Shown piece after piece: positions 8,098 through 17,660 of a stretch of 64,000 nucleotides of DNA; position 1 is the first letter of the stretch, and every line of letters begins with the position of its first letter. Position numbers and translations under genes: made by a program. Below the pieces are notes generated by a model. The model was given only the letters and a program-made list of their open reading frames with translations, did not search any database and was not told where the DNA came from. The stretch is from Acidiferrobacteraceae bacterium (lineage in GTDB: Bacteria; Pseudomonadota; Gammaproteobacteria; Acidiferrobacterales; SZUA-150), in NCBI GenBank assembly GCA_003228915.1, contig QIGL01000102.1, positions 3,519 through 67,518 on the forward strand, given 5' to 3'.

Positions 8098-8991
8098 TTA
8101 AAGGTCACCAACCCGCTCCCGAATTAACCCCTGAATATTCCTGAACGCCTCCGCACGATAGCTCCCCTTGCGATACAACATGCCGATGCGTCTGCTGGGT
8201 TTGGGTGCTTCGAATGGCAGGTAACGTATCGCATCTTTTTTTGATTGCTTTTTGGGCACTGCAAGCTCGGGCATGAGCGTTAGCCCCATCCCCTCGGCTA
8301 CCATAAAGCGCAGGGTTTCCAGGCTGGATGCATGAAAGGCTGCGTTTTCTGTGGCGCCGGCCATGAAGCAAACATCCAGCGCCTGGTCACGCAGGCAGTG
8401 GCCTTCTTCCAGTAATAGCATTTCACGGTTATTGAGATCGCCCATGGTTATCATTGGCTGGCTGGCCAGTGGCTCGCCCGCAGGGACTGCCAACAGAAAA
8501 GGCTCTTTAAATAACTCCAGCTCGCTGAATTCTTCGGTTTCCACCGGCAGGGCCAGTATCAAAAAATCCAGCTCGGCGCGGCGGAGCTTCTCAAGCAATA
8601 CCGAGGTCTGGTATTCATGGAGCCACAACTTGAGCTTTGGCCAGGTTTTACCGAGGGCAGGCATAATGGCTGGTAGCAGGTACGGCGCGATGGTGGGGAT
8701 CAGCCCTGCGTGCAATTCCCCGGCCATAGGGTCTTCAAAACTCTGGGCAATCTCCTGGATGCCTTTTACATCGGCCAGTACTTTTCTGGCCATTTCGGCC
8801 ACGGCTGAGCCAGCATTGGTCATGGCTACCTGCCGGGTATTACGCTCTACCAGTAATACGCCCAGCTCCTGCTCCAGCTTTTTTAGCTGGCCACTCAATG
8901 TGGGCTGGCTGACAAAACAACGGGCAGCGGCCTTGTGAAAATGGCGTTCTTCATCAATGGCGACCAGGTATAGCAATACTCGTAAATTCAT
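8098..8991 (-). CDS. oxyR: Hydrogen-peroxide-sensing LysR-family regulator OxyR
   Basis: N-terminal HTH ...VSQPTLSGQLKKLEQELG; EEGHCLRDQALDVCF keeps both redox cysteines (E. coli C199/C208 context); divergent from a peroxiredoxin gene. Confidence 0.9.
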   Translation of the reverse strand: MNLRVLLYLVAIDEERHFHKAAARCFVSQPTLSGQLKKLEQELGVLLVERNTRQVAMTNAGSAVAEMARKVLADVKGIQEIAQSFEDPMAGELHAGLIPTIAPYLLPAIMPALGKTWPKLKLWLHEYQTSVLLEKLRRAELDFLILALPVETEEFSELELFKEPFLLAVPAGEPLASQPMITMGDLNNREMLLLEEGHCLRDQALDVCFMAGATENAAFHASSLETLRFMVAEGMGLTLMPELAVPKKQSKKDAIRYLPFEAPKPSRRIGMLYRKGSYRAEAFRNIQGLIRERVGDL

Positions 8992-9147
8992 CGATTCTTA
9001 ATACCATCTCAATTGATTGTCTATACCTATCAATATAGTTGATTTAAACGATTTCTACAATCACTGCTTTGCGGCCATACTCCTCTTCGTAGACTGCTTT
9101 GATAGCAACTGAGAATAATTTTTTATCAACTTAACAGGAGATTTATA

Positions 9148-9891
9148 ATGTTAGAAAATCGTGAAAAACAAAAAATACCCGCAGTGACATTTCGTACCCG
9201 CCAGGATCATGAATGGGTAGATATGAGTAGTGACGAGGTGTTTAAGGGCAAGACAGTTATCGTCTTTTCTTTGCCGGGCGCGTTTACCCCCACCTGCTCT
9301 TCAACCCATGTACCGCGTTACAACAAATTGACGCCGGTTTTAAAGCAACATGGCGTTGATGAGGTGGTTTGTATTTCGGTGAATGATGCCTTTGTGATGA
9401 ACGAATGGCGCAATGAACAAAAAGCAGACAATATCACCTTCTTGCCTGATGGTAATGGTGACTTCAGCCGTGGTATGGGTATGTTGGTCGCCAAAAATGA
9501 TCTCGGCTTTGGTGATCGCTCATGGCGTTATTCCATGCTGGTGAAAGATGGCGTCATAGACAAGATGTTCATTGAGCCTGATGTGCCTGGCGATCCCTTT
9601 GAAGTTTCGGATGCCGATACCATGCTGGCCTATGTTGCGCCTGACGCGGACAAGCCGCTGGACATCACTGTCTTTAGTCGTGAGGGTTGTGCTTATTGTA
9701 TTCAGGCAAAAGGCATGTTGCGTGATGCCGGTTTAGAGTTTGATGAGCTGGTTCTGAATCGTGACTATAGCGAATCAACCATACGGGCTGTTTCTGGCAA
9801 GGCCAGTGTGCCCCAGGTATTTGTTAATGGTGATTACATCGGTGGCTCAGAAGAACTGGAGCAGTATCTTGCCGGTCGCGCTGCAGCATAA
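9148..9891 (+). CDS. Peroxiredoxin (Prx5-type)-glutaredoxin fusion protein
   Basis: PGAFTPTCS peroxidatic motif in the N-terminal half; C-terminal glutaredoxin with CAYC; RBS aggag upstream. Confidence 0.85.
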   Translation: MLENREKQKIPAVTFRTRQDHEWVDMSSDEVFKGKTVIVFSLPGAFTPTCSSTHVPRYNKLTPVLKQHGVDEVVCISVNDAFVMNEWRNEQKADNITFLPDGNGDFSRGMGMLVAKNDLGFGDRSWRYSMLVKDGVIDKMFIEPDVPGDPFEVSDADTMLAYVAPDADKPLDITVFSREGCAYCIQAKGMLRDAGLEFDELVLNRDYSESTIRAVSGKASVPQVFVNGDYIGGSEELEQYLAGRAAA

Positions 9892-9904
9892 TTACAAAAT
9901 AGGT

Positions 9905-9938
9905 TATGAGGGTATGAAAATACCCTCGTAATTTTTTT
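9905..9938 (+). terminator. Rho-independent terminator after the prx-grx gene
   Basis: gagggtat-gaaa-ataccctc stem-loop followed by a T7 run. Confidence 0.75.
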
Positions 9939-9941
9939 ATA

Positions 9942-10754
9942 TTACATCCAGCTCCAGAGAAACCCACACATCGCCAACCCAAACACCTCGCCATTAAACA
10001 CCGTTTGAGCCGCCCTGCCAGTAACCGAACCCAGACAAACATGCAGAGGCATTAAATGTTCTTCCCGTGGGTGACAATAAAGGGCGTGTGGTGCCTGTTG
10101 CCAGTGAATTAATCGCTGGTAGCGTTCGTTATCGGTGATTGACCTACTGGTACAGGTTTCCATAAGCCAGTTATTAAAAATGATGCTTTTCTGCTTGCCG
10201 GATTGAATTGGCTGATTCGATTGACCGCTGGCCATGATGGTGCGCATATTATGAAACGAGGAGCCTGAGCCGATAATCAATACACCTTGCTCGTGAAGTG
10301 AAGTTAATGCTGCCCCCATTGTTATGTGTTGTTCAGGATCCAGGCCTTTGATTAACGATAATTGGACACAGGGAATGTCCGCCTCGGGGTACATTAGTTT
10401 TAGTGGCACAAACATACTGTGATCAAACCCACGTTCGGCATCCAGTTCGGCGTGGAATCCCTGTTCATTTAACAAAGCCTGAACCTGGCCTGCCAACTGC
10501 TTTGAGCCCGGCGCCGGATATTTGAGTTCGTAGGACGCCGGTGGAAAACCATCGTAATCGTAAATCAATGGTGGCTGCTCACTACTGGTTAAGGTGGGCC
10601 GTGGCAACTCCCAGTGGGCACTGATAATGAGAATCGCTGACGGTTTTTTAATCTGATCGGGAATTTTTCTCAGAAATGTGATTAATTCCTTGTGGGCGAC
10701 ATCACCCATTAAGAGTAAGGGGCCGCCGCCATGGGTGAGGTAAAGAGCTGACAT
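9942..10754 (-). CDS. Class III extradiol ring-cleavage dioxygenase (DODA/YgiD-like)
   Basis: 270 aa; LTHGGGP... and ILIISAHWE motifs typical of the YgiD/4,5-DOPA dioxygenase family. Confidence 0.7.
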   Translation of the reverse strand: MSALYLTHGGGPLLLMGDVAHKELITFLRKIPDQIKKPSAILIISAHWELPRPTLTSSEQPPLIYDYDGFPPASYELKYPAPGSKQLAGQVQALLNEQGFHAELDAERGFDHSMFVPLKLMYPEADIPCVQLSLIKGLDPEQHITMGAALTSLHEQGVLIIGSGSSFHNMRTIMASGQSNQPIQSGKQKSIIFNNWLMETCTSRSITDNERYQRLIHWQQAPHALYCHPREEHLMPLHVCLGSVTGRAAQTVFNGEVFGLAMCGFLWSWM

Positions 10755-10820
10755 AACGATATTGTCGCACCCAATCAGGTGAGACTAAAGCGCCGGTTAG
10801 TACGATTTTTATTTTTTAAA

Positions 10821-11918
10821 TTACAGCCCCCAGGAACGGGCCTGTAATTCATCACGCAGGCGTTGCACAGCAAGTTTTTCGGACCCGTCATAATTGCTCA
10901 ACCCCAGTGTCCAGAGGTAATATTTGAATTCTGCATTGCCAGACAGCCCGAACTCCAAAACCCATTGGTCGACCGTGGCCTCGTTGACATCATATTGCCA
11001 GGTAAAATCGATTAAGTTTATCCGATCCATATGTTTGTCCCAGGCCTTGAATACCGCGGATATAAAATCGGCCTGCAAGGCCTCGCTACTATTGTTAACC
11101 ATGCTCGATGGGTAACCACTTTCCTGAAGTAAGATTGGTTTAGTGATGATTGTGCTGGTCATTAAATCAAAATCAGCCGCGACTGTAGCAGGTGGTCGCA
11201 TGGTAAAATCTGCATTCAGCGGATAATAGGTAAGCGCCGCGCTATCAAGCTGGGGTAAAAAATTTAAATACTGCGTACGTACACCTATATTTTCCAGCGC
11301 GCTGAATTGAATAATGCTGCTGACTACTACGTTGGCGCCCCAAAGGCTTTTTATCTTGCTCTTAGCAGCCACAAAAAACGCTTGCCACTGAGACCACTTG
11401 GTCGCATCACTTCCGAGGCTGACATCAATTTCGTTACCCACATGAATCCATTTCAGTTTGCCAGTAACATTGAGTGTTGTCAGTTGACCGTGCAGGTTTG
11501 TCAAAAAATTACCGAAGGCGGTAATTACCAGCGGGTCATTAAAAGCTTTGCCTGCCAGGTCGCTGGGCAGGCTTGGCCCAATTGTATCCAGTGGCCGTAG
11601 AACCAGTGTGAGATCACCCGTTTGTATCGAATAAAAAGAATCGATAGTAGAGAGCAAGGTATTAATATAATTACCCTCCATAGGCTCAAGTGATGCCCAG
11701 TCCAAAGACACACTGACCTCGCGCACGCCCAGCGCCATGGCCTGATCGTACGCCATGGCATAACTGACAGTTGGCACAGATTTTATATCCATGCCAAGCA
11801 CACGCGTACCCTGTGCCGGTGGTGGGCCAGGATTATTTGAATTACCACCACCGCTGCTACCACAGCCGGCTATAAGCAATAAAAGAAAAATTAATATTAG
11901 ATTCTTAAATATCAACAT
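10821..11918 (-). CDS. Lipoprotein, clan GH-A-like glycoside hydrolase (TIM barrel)
   Basis: Lipobox LLLIAGCGSSGG; HVGNEID (acid/base NE) and LLQESGYPS (candidate nucleophile Glu) spaced as in GH5-like enzymes. Confidence 0.55.
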   Translation of the reverse strand: MLIFKNLILIFLLLLIAGCGSSGGGNSNNPGPPPAQGTRVLGMDIKSVPTVSYAMAYDQAMALGVREVSVSLDWASLEPMEGNYINTLLSTIDSFYSIQTGDLTLVLRPLDTIGPSLPSDLAGKAFNDPLVITAFGNFLTNLHGQLTTLNVTGKLKWIHVGNEIDVSLGSDATKWSQWQAFFVAAKSKIKSLWGANVVVSSIIQFSALENIGVRTQYLNFLPQLDSAALTYYPLNADFTMRPPATVAADFDLMTSTIITKPILLQESGYPSSMVNNSSEALQADFISAVFKAWDKHMDRINLIDFTWQYDVNEATVDQWVLEFGLSGNAEFKYYLWTLGLSNYDGSEKLAVQRLRDELQARSWGL

Positions 11919-12172
11919 ATTTTCCTTTTGTAATAACCCGGTAATAATTTAAATAGGCGTTATTTAGGCAGGCTGGGCAATCTATTTCCTGTCAACGCTT
12001 ACTAATAACCAGGACACTAATTCTGGAGAATTTTGAAAAATATTTATAAAAAGAACAGAAGTGCGATAATTAATCACGCATTTTAAAATGGTTTACAGAA
12101 ATGCGAACGATTCCTGCCGGGGGGTTCGTTTTATTACAACTGCTTGCGATTAGATCCAGGAATTGGTCGTGA

Positions 12173-12433
12173 TTATTCAATAGATAAACCACTAAAATCA
12201 TAGTTCATATCATCTACATCACACTCAGCACCAGTTTTATCAATTGCATCCTTGTATTTTTTGGCATCGTCAAGCGAAAGATTTTCTTTAATTATTTTCG
12301 GCGCAGAACATAATAATTCCTTGGCCTTTTCATGTGATATCTTGAAGAGTTTCGCAAGGTCTTCCTCAATATAATGCTCACCTTTACCGGCGGTGTAACC
12401 CTTCAAAACTACTTTATAATGTTCATCAGACAT
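12173..12433 (-). CDS. Small hypothetical protein (86 aa)
   Basis: Isolated ORF with a plausible ATG; no family recognised. Confidence 0.4.
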   Translation of the reverse strand: MSDEHYKVVLKGYTAGKGEHYIEEDLAKLFKISHEKAKELLCSAPKIIKENLSLDDAKKYKDAIDKTGAECDVDDMNYDFSGLSIE

Positions 12434-12658
12434 TGCCTTTCTCCACTCACCCTTGATTCAACATAATACTTTAAGCCAATTTCATGTGTGCGCCCGCTAC
12501 CTGAGATTGGCCATTATTAGCGCTATTTCTCAGGGACACTGGCCATATCTATGAGTTTAGATTAAAAATAGGGGTTGACACTCTTTTTTATCGATTTTTA
12601 AACCTTCCGACCCTGTTTAACAGTGTTTTTTTTATTTCGCAGGCCCTTTTAACAACAT

Positions 12659-14035
12659 TTATCGACTCGTCAGGGTTTTTTGCAATATATCCTGGTAATC
12701 CCTGATTCTCTGGACATAAAGTACCGGCTCGCGGCCGCGAGCATAACCATGTTTTAACCCTGGATAGTAGTTTTTGTCTGATAGTAATGGCAATACTTTG
12801 GATATTTCCCGCCATAAATCCGGATTTCTTTTAAGTTGGCGTGCCAATGTGCGGGCATCATAAATATGGCCCATACCGATGTTATAGGCGGCCAATGCAT
12901 ACCAACTGCGATCAGGCTCCTTGATGCTTTCGGGTAACCGTTGATATAAGTTGGCATAATATCTGGCCCCGCCACTAATACTTTGTGCCGGATCCTGGCG
13001 ATTTTCGATGCCGAGCCCCCTGGCAGTATTAAGCGTTAACATCATGATGCCCCGCACGCCCGTTGGGCTTTTGGCATTAGCTCGCCAGCGTGATTCCTGG
13101 TAGGCCTGGGCGGCAATTAGCATCCATTGCAGGTCATTTTCTTTTGCTGCTTGTTTAAACATATCCCGGTAAAGCGGCAAGATCTTCTCTATGCTGCGCA
13201 CGAAAGCACGGGTATTCACGTAATCGAATATCTTGATATAACCGTAATAGCGATTATCCAGTTCTGCTAGCTGACCGGATTTTTTAAATTTGTTAAACCA
13301 TTTTTTAATTTCCTGTTGCAGTGGTCTTGCCTTGGGACTCATAAGCCAGACCAAAGGTTCGGCTTTGGTAAGGCTAAAGCGAACTGATAGTTCAGGATAA
13401 TAACGACGGTTGATTGCGACAATATTTGAATCTGCTACCGTACAGTCCAGTTTCTTTAACCAGACTTGTTCCAGTAAAATTTCAGTGTTAAGCCCGGCGC
13501 CTGTTTGCCATTGCAGTTCTTTATATTTTTGTTTTAGGCGAATCAGATTTTCTTCATAGCTTGTATTTTCCGGAACAAGTATCTGCACATCAGTCAAGTC
13601 ATTAATATTTTTAGGTCGTTTGCCGCCATTTCGACAGACTACTTGCTGTTGTACTTTTTGGTATACCGGCCCGAATAAAAACTGGTCGTCTCGCTCTTTC
13701 GTTTTCGTCAGTCCAGCTGCCGCTATATGTGCCTCGCCATTGGTAATGGCTGAAATTATTTCAGCTGTAGATTCTTTTTCTATAAATTTTACTTTGACGC
13801 CAAGGTGCTCGGCAAATGCAAGGGCCATGTCATGCTCAAAACCCATCCATTCGTCATGCAGCTCATAGTAAGTAGTTGGTGCATTCCTGGTAACAACAAT
13901 GAGTTGTTTTTTTTCTTTAATAGACTGGAGCGCTTTTTCTCCAATTATTTTTTCCGAGCAGGCACTTAATACTACTAGCGCTAATATTGATGCCGATAAA
14001 TATAATAATTTTTTTCTATCTCGGTAGCGGGACAT
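12659..14035 (-). CDS. mltF: Membrane-bound lytic murein transglycosylase F
   Basis: Signal/lipobox region, periplasmic-binding-protein-like N-domain and SLT domain (QAYQESRWRANAKSPTGVRGIMMLT). Confidence 0.85.
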   Translation of the reverse strand: MSRYRDRKKLLYLSASILALVVLSACSEKIIGEKALQSIKEKKQLIVVTRNAPTTYYELHDEWMGFEHDMALAFAEHLGVKVKFIEKESTAEIISAITNGEAHIAAAGLTKTKERDDQFLFGPVYQKVQQQVVCRNGGKRPKNINDLTDVQILVPENTSYEENLIRLKQKYKELQWQTGAGLNTEILLEQVWLKKLDCTVADSNIVAINRRYYPELSVRFSLTKAEPLVWLMSPKARPLQQEIKKWFNKFKKSGQLAELDNRYYGYIKIFDYVNTRAFVRSIEKILPLYRDMFKQAAKENDLQWMLIAAQAYQESRWRANAKSPTGVRGIMMLTLNTARGLGIENRQDPAQSISGGARYYANLYQRLPESIKEPDRSWYALAAYNIGMGHIYDARTLARQLKRNPDLWREISKVLPLLSDKNYYPGLKHGYARGREPVLYVQRIRDYQDILQKTLTSR

Positions 14036-14131
14036 AGTTTTTAGAATGATACTTTATTTAATTAAATTTAGTTTAGATTAATTATAGAATTAAGGTAACT
14101 ACCAATAAAAACCGGCCTTAATATTCTGGAA

Positions 14132-14917
14132 TCATAATTCAAAAAGAACAATATGTCCTTTTCCATATTTCTTGGCCTGGAACATTGCAGTATCTGCTTC
14201 TGTAACAATTGTTTCGACTTTTGTTTTTTTGATACCAAAAATACGTACACCAAAACTGGTTCCAATTTGGAACTGTTTTCCTTCAAACTTAATTGGCTGA
14301 CTTAAACATAACTGCAATTTTTCAGCAACATCAAATGCTTCTTGTCCTGCCAAATCTGCATCATTGCCCAACCTGTCCAGAACGACAATAAACTCATCTC
14401 CACCCATGCGAACTACAAGATCACCTTCCCTGACGTTTGCCGATAAACGATTGGCAACTTCTACAAGTACCGCATCTCCGGCATTATGACCATAATTATC
14501 ATTAACGGGCTTAAAATTATCTAAATCCAGGAGCAATAACGAACTATAAAATTCATGCCTGACACTCTCAGCAATAATTTTTTCCATATATTTTGTCAAA
14601 AAACGCCGATTCGGTAACCCTGTTAATTGATCGCTATAGGCCATGCTCTCAAGTTTTACCAATGCTTCGTCACGGGCAACAACGAATGGCTTGATAACCC
14701 AGAGATAAATAATGGGCGTGCTTACAATCACCAGAATTACGGTGTCGATAAATACTTCCAGACTTGTTCCAAATGTATGTGGTATCAAAGCCAGGGAAAA
14801 CATAATCACCAACTCGACAATCGAGATAATTACGGTGATTCGGATAATTACCTGTTTTACAGTTAAGGTGGTCACAATTTTTCTTATAAAATTTTTTCGG
14901 GCGCGCCTGAATATCAT
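14132..14917 (-). CDS. Membrane-anchored GGDEF diguanylate cyclase (start moved to the ATG at 14917)
   Basis: RMGGDEFIVVL active site with RxxD I-site (REGD) five residues upstream; N-terminal hydrophobic helices; ATGA overlap with the upstream gene stop. Confidence 0.8.
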   Translation of the reverse strand: MIFRRARKNFIRKIVTTLTVKQVIIRITVIISIVELVIMFSLALIPHTFGTSLEVFIDTVILVIVSTPIIYLWVIKPFVVARDEALVKLESMAYSDQLTGLPNRRFLTKYMEKIIAESVRHEFYSSLLLLDLDNFKPVNDNYGHNAGDAVLVEVANRLSANVREGDLVVRMGGDEFIVVLDRLGNDADLAGQEAFDVAEKLQLCLSQPIKFEGKQFQIGTSFGVRIFGIKKTKVETIVTEADTAMFQAKKYGKGHIVLFEL

Positions 14918-15963
14918 GTAGAGTCTACTGCGCCTTCTGCAGCAGTAACAGGATAACGCTCCATTAAATAACAAAGACAATCCTGGCGTATGGCGCGTTC
15001 ATTTACAGTGAGCATAGAAGGCATAATCGGTGCGCGCAACCTGAGCTCACTATTTTTGATTTCAAAATAAAGATCCCGTACTTCCCGGCCCTGTTCGTCA
15101 CGCACATCAAGGGGCACATCAGTACGGCCGTTTACCCAACCCAGGGTAGTATTGGCAGGTAACTCTCGAAAATTCAAGTGATCCAGGTCATCAGGAAAAC
15201 GTATGTCACATTTCCCATGCTTGAAACAAAAACTCACATCGGGCAATACCTTGGCCACAGCCACAGTGTGGAATAAATCTATATCGTGGGCACTGACATC
15301 ATGATCAGGGATCCGGGATAAATGTAAACAGGCATCAATGAAATCCGTCGCATGGCTAACACCGTTGGCCTGACCTGGCTGGCCGCATTCTACTGTCAGT
15401 GCCGGACAAAATTCTGAAAATACAGAAGACTGCACCGTATCTGGACGAGTGAAATAAACCACCGTGCGACTGAATAGTGTTGCCAGGTGAAAAAAATGAT
15501 GGTCCAACCGGTTGACACAGGCATAATGGGGATTAATGCCGGTATTATTGTGAATATCAATACTGGCAAAAGGTTTGCGCTGGCGCATTATGTCAGTTAC
15601 CTGTTGCATCATTTTATGTTCAGGCAAAGTCTGGTCAGACTTATTGATGCGCCAAATACGATTGTAATCCGGTTGCTGGTCCAGGAAACGGACTTTGTGC
15701 CTGGCCGCCTCAATATTACCTATATATATTGATAAATCTCTTGGTAGCTTTTTATCCTGATATTTTTTGAAAATTGCTCTTAGCGCACACCAGCCAGTAT
15801 CCTCATTACCATGCAACAACACAGACAAAAATAATGGCGTTTTGTCTCGCCCTGGCAAATGAATCAGAGTAGGCCCCGGCAAATGTTTATGCAGGTCACT
15901 GGCTTCACAACCGAGCAAGGCCTCTGGTAAGTTATTGAGCACGTTTAACATCAAAGCCCCCAC
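14914..15963 (-). CDS. Succinylglutamate desuccinylase/aspartoacylase (AstE/AspA, M14-like) family protein
   Basis: LLHGNEDTGW zinc-ligand motif. The start is ambiguous: GTG at 15963, or ATG at 15951 sharing 1 nt with the upstream stop. Confidence 0.7.
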   Translation of the reverse strand: MGALMLNVLNNLPEALLGCEASDLHKHLPGPTLIHLPGRDKTPLFLSVLLHGNEDTGWCALRAIFKKYQDKKLPRDLSIYIGNIEAARHKVRFLDQQPDYNRIWRINKSDQTLPEHKMMQQVTDIMRQRKPFASIDIHNNTGINPHYACVNRLDHHFFHLATLFSRTVVYFTRPDTVQSSVFSEFCPALTVECGQPGQANGVSHATDFIDACLHLSRIPDHDVSAHDIDLFHTVAVAKVLPDVSFCFKHGKCDIRFPDDLDHLNFRELPANTTLGWVNGRTDVPLDVRDEQGREVRDLYFEIKNSELRLRAPIMPSMLTVNERAIRQDCLCYLMERYPVTAAEGAVDST

Positions 15964-17375
15964 TCATGCACCGGCTTGCCGGTACGTTGGTGTTCACGAT
16001 ATGCCATAGTCAGGGCCTGCATGTCGCGGCCATTGCGACGAACAAAGGCCTGTTGCCAGGCCGTGCCATTACGGTTTAACCCTACCCGTTCTTCTATAAT
16101 ATTCAGTAACAACTCTATATCACTGGCATCTATTTTTAGTTTTTCCAGCCCAACACGGGCCAGGGGAATTAACTGGGTCAATAATAAATCTTTAATATTG
16201 ATTTCCTTGCCATTGAGCCAGTGGATACGGGCCCCCAGACCATAACGGGCTGCGGTGTAAAAATTATTTTTAGCATGCTCAAATGGCAGGCAGGATTCCG
16301 GCGCCACCTCATCGGTGGATAACATATAGGTCAGGCCGTAAAACAGTGCTGCATTAGCAATGGTATCGACCAGGCTGGGTCCGGCCGGAATCACACGGTT
16401 CTCGATACGCAAATGAGGCTGGCCTTTATCATCGATACCGACAAGAGGCCGGTTCCAGCGCCAGATCGTACTATTGTGCAAACACAAGTGACTGAAGTAT
16501 GCAGGATTCTCATTGAGCATCTCTGGTAACAACACCGGGTAGCGTTTGATGTTTTCTGTAAAACATTCCATCAGTGACTCTTTAACATAACCCGTGCCGA
16601 AGGTGACTCGTGGTTCATTGTAATTATTTTCTGAAGACACTGAAACGGCTTGTTCGAATAACGGGATCCGTGTTTCATCCCATAAATCAGTGCCAAATAA
16701 AAATGGTGAATTGGCCGTAGCAGCAACCAGGGGGGCAGATAAAATAATAGCTGCATTGTAGGCCCGTGCTGCCTGACTTTGTCCTACTTGCAAATGCAAT
16801 TGAAACGAAGTGGCGGCAGATTCCAGCATCACATTTTCGTGAAAAGTGTGCAGGCGCTCCTGCCCTTCTATTTCCAATACCACTGGCTCGCCCTTACGCA
16901 GCCTCAACACTTGTTCGTTCAGCGCCCGGTAACGACACATGTCGGACATCGTGTCTAAACCCAGCAGGTCACTTTGCAGGGTTGGTAATATGCCGATGAT
17001 TAACATCTCGGCATCCAGTTCACCGGCGATCTCATTACATCGCGTCCAGTTATGCTCAAGCTCACGTAACATTTTATTAAAGACATTTCCCGTCAGGGTA
17101 CGTGGCAGACTGTTTAATTCGATGTTGTAACGGGATAATTCCGGTGACACCAGGTTGGTATCGATACGTTTTAAAAATTCTTCATTTTTAGGTGCTGGCT
17201 GGCAACTATCATCGATTAACCAGCTCTCAAGTTCAAACCCTGCCCGGGTATGGGAAATATCAAAAACATTCTTTTGAAAACATTCTGCCAGGTAGCGTGT
17301 CTCTGTTGCCAAGCGGGACTCAAACACGGAAAAATCGTGTTTATGAAAGTGGCCTTGAGCAATTTCCTGTCCCAT
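15951..17375 (-). CDS. Glutamate-cysteine ligase family 2 (GCS2)-like carboxylate-amine ligase
   Basis: 474 aa; FELESWLID, FQLHLQV, ATANSPF and RIENRVIPAGP resemble conserved GCS2/YbdK blocks. Confidence 0.6.
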   Translation of the reverse strand: MGQEIAQGHFHKHDFSVFESRLATETRYLAECFQKNVFDISHTRAGFELESWLIDDSCQPAPKNEEFLKRIDTNLVSPELSRYNIELNSLPRTLTGNVFNKMLRELEHNWTRCNEIAGELDAEMLIIGILPTLQSDLLGLDTMSDMCRYRALNEQVLRLRKGEPVVLEIEGQERLHTFHENVMLESAATSFQLHLQVGQSQAARAYNAAIILSAPLVAATANSPFLFGTDLWDETRIPLFEQAVSVSSENNYNEPRVTFGTGYVKESLMECFTENIKRYPVLLPEMLNENPAYFSHLCLHNSTIWRWNRPLVGIDDKGQPHLRIENRVIPAGPSLVDTIANAALFYGLTYMLSTDEVAPESCLPFEHAKNNFYTAARYGLGARIHWLNGKEINIKDLLLTQLIPLARVGLEKLKIDASDIELLLNIIEERVGLNRNGTAWQQAFVRRNGRDMQALTMAYREHQRTGKPVHEWGL

Positions 17376-17660
17376 ATCTGGTGTTTGTCAGTGTGATACT
17401 CAATTTCTGCTCTAATACTTAATCACAGTATGGCTGGTAAATTCAAAATTTACCTGATTTGACTCAATAAAATGGTTAAAAACAGTATCTTAGCGCCAGA
17501 GAAGCCCATTTAAAGCACGATAAACACATGATCCCTGTGAAATATTGGCTTAAATCTGAGATATCTGGCCAATCCTGTAGAATTGCGCCCTTACCAGATA
17601 TATTGACGCCCTGGATAACTGGATTACAGTTCATTTAAGTTCAAAGTTTATGGAGTTAGC

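Noticed and set aside
8351-8938. 195-aa ORF antisense to oxyR, and an 88-aa ORF at 8105-8371
   Set aside because: oxyR on the minus strand is unambiguous. These are shadow ORFs with Ser/Ala-rich low-information sequence.
8992-9147. Candidate OxyR operator in the oxyR / prx-grx divergent spacer (ctatacctatcaatatag region)
   Set aside because: ATAG/CTAT elements are present, but I could not fit the four-element ATAGnt-N7-anCTAT spacing convincingly by eye, so it is left unannotated.
12588-12975. 75-aa and 73-aa minus-strand ORFs overlapping the 3' end of mltF
   Set aside because: They are alternative frames of the mltF coding region and its downstream sequence, with no RBS or motifs.
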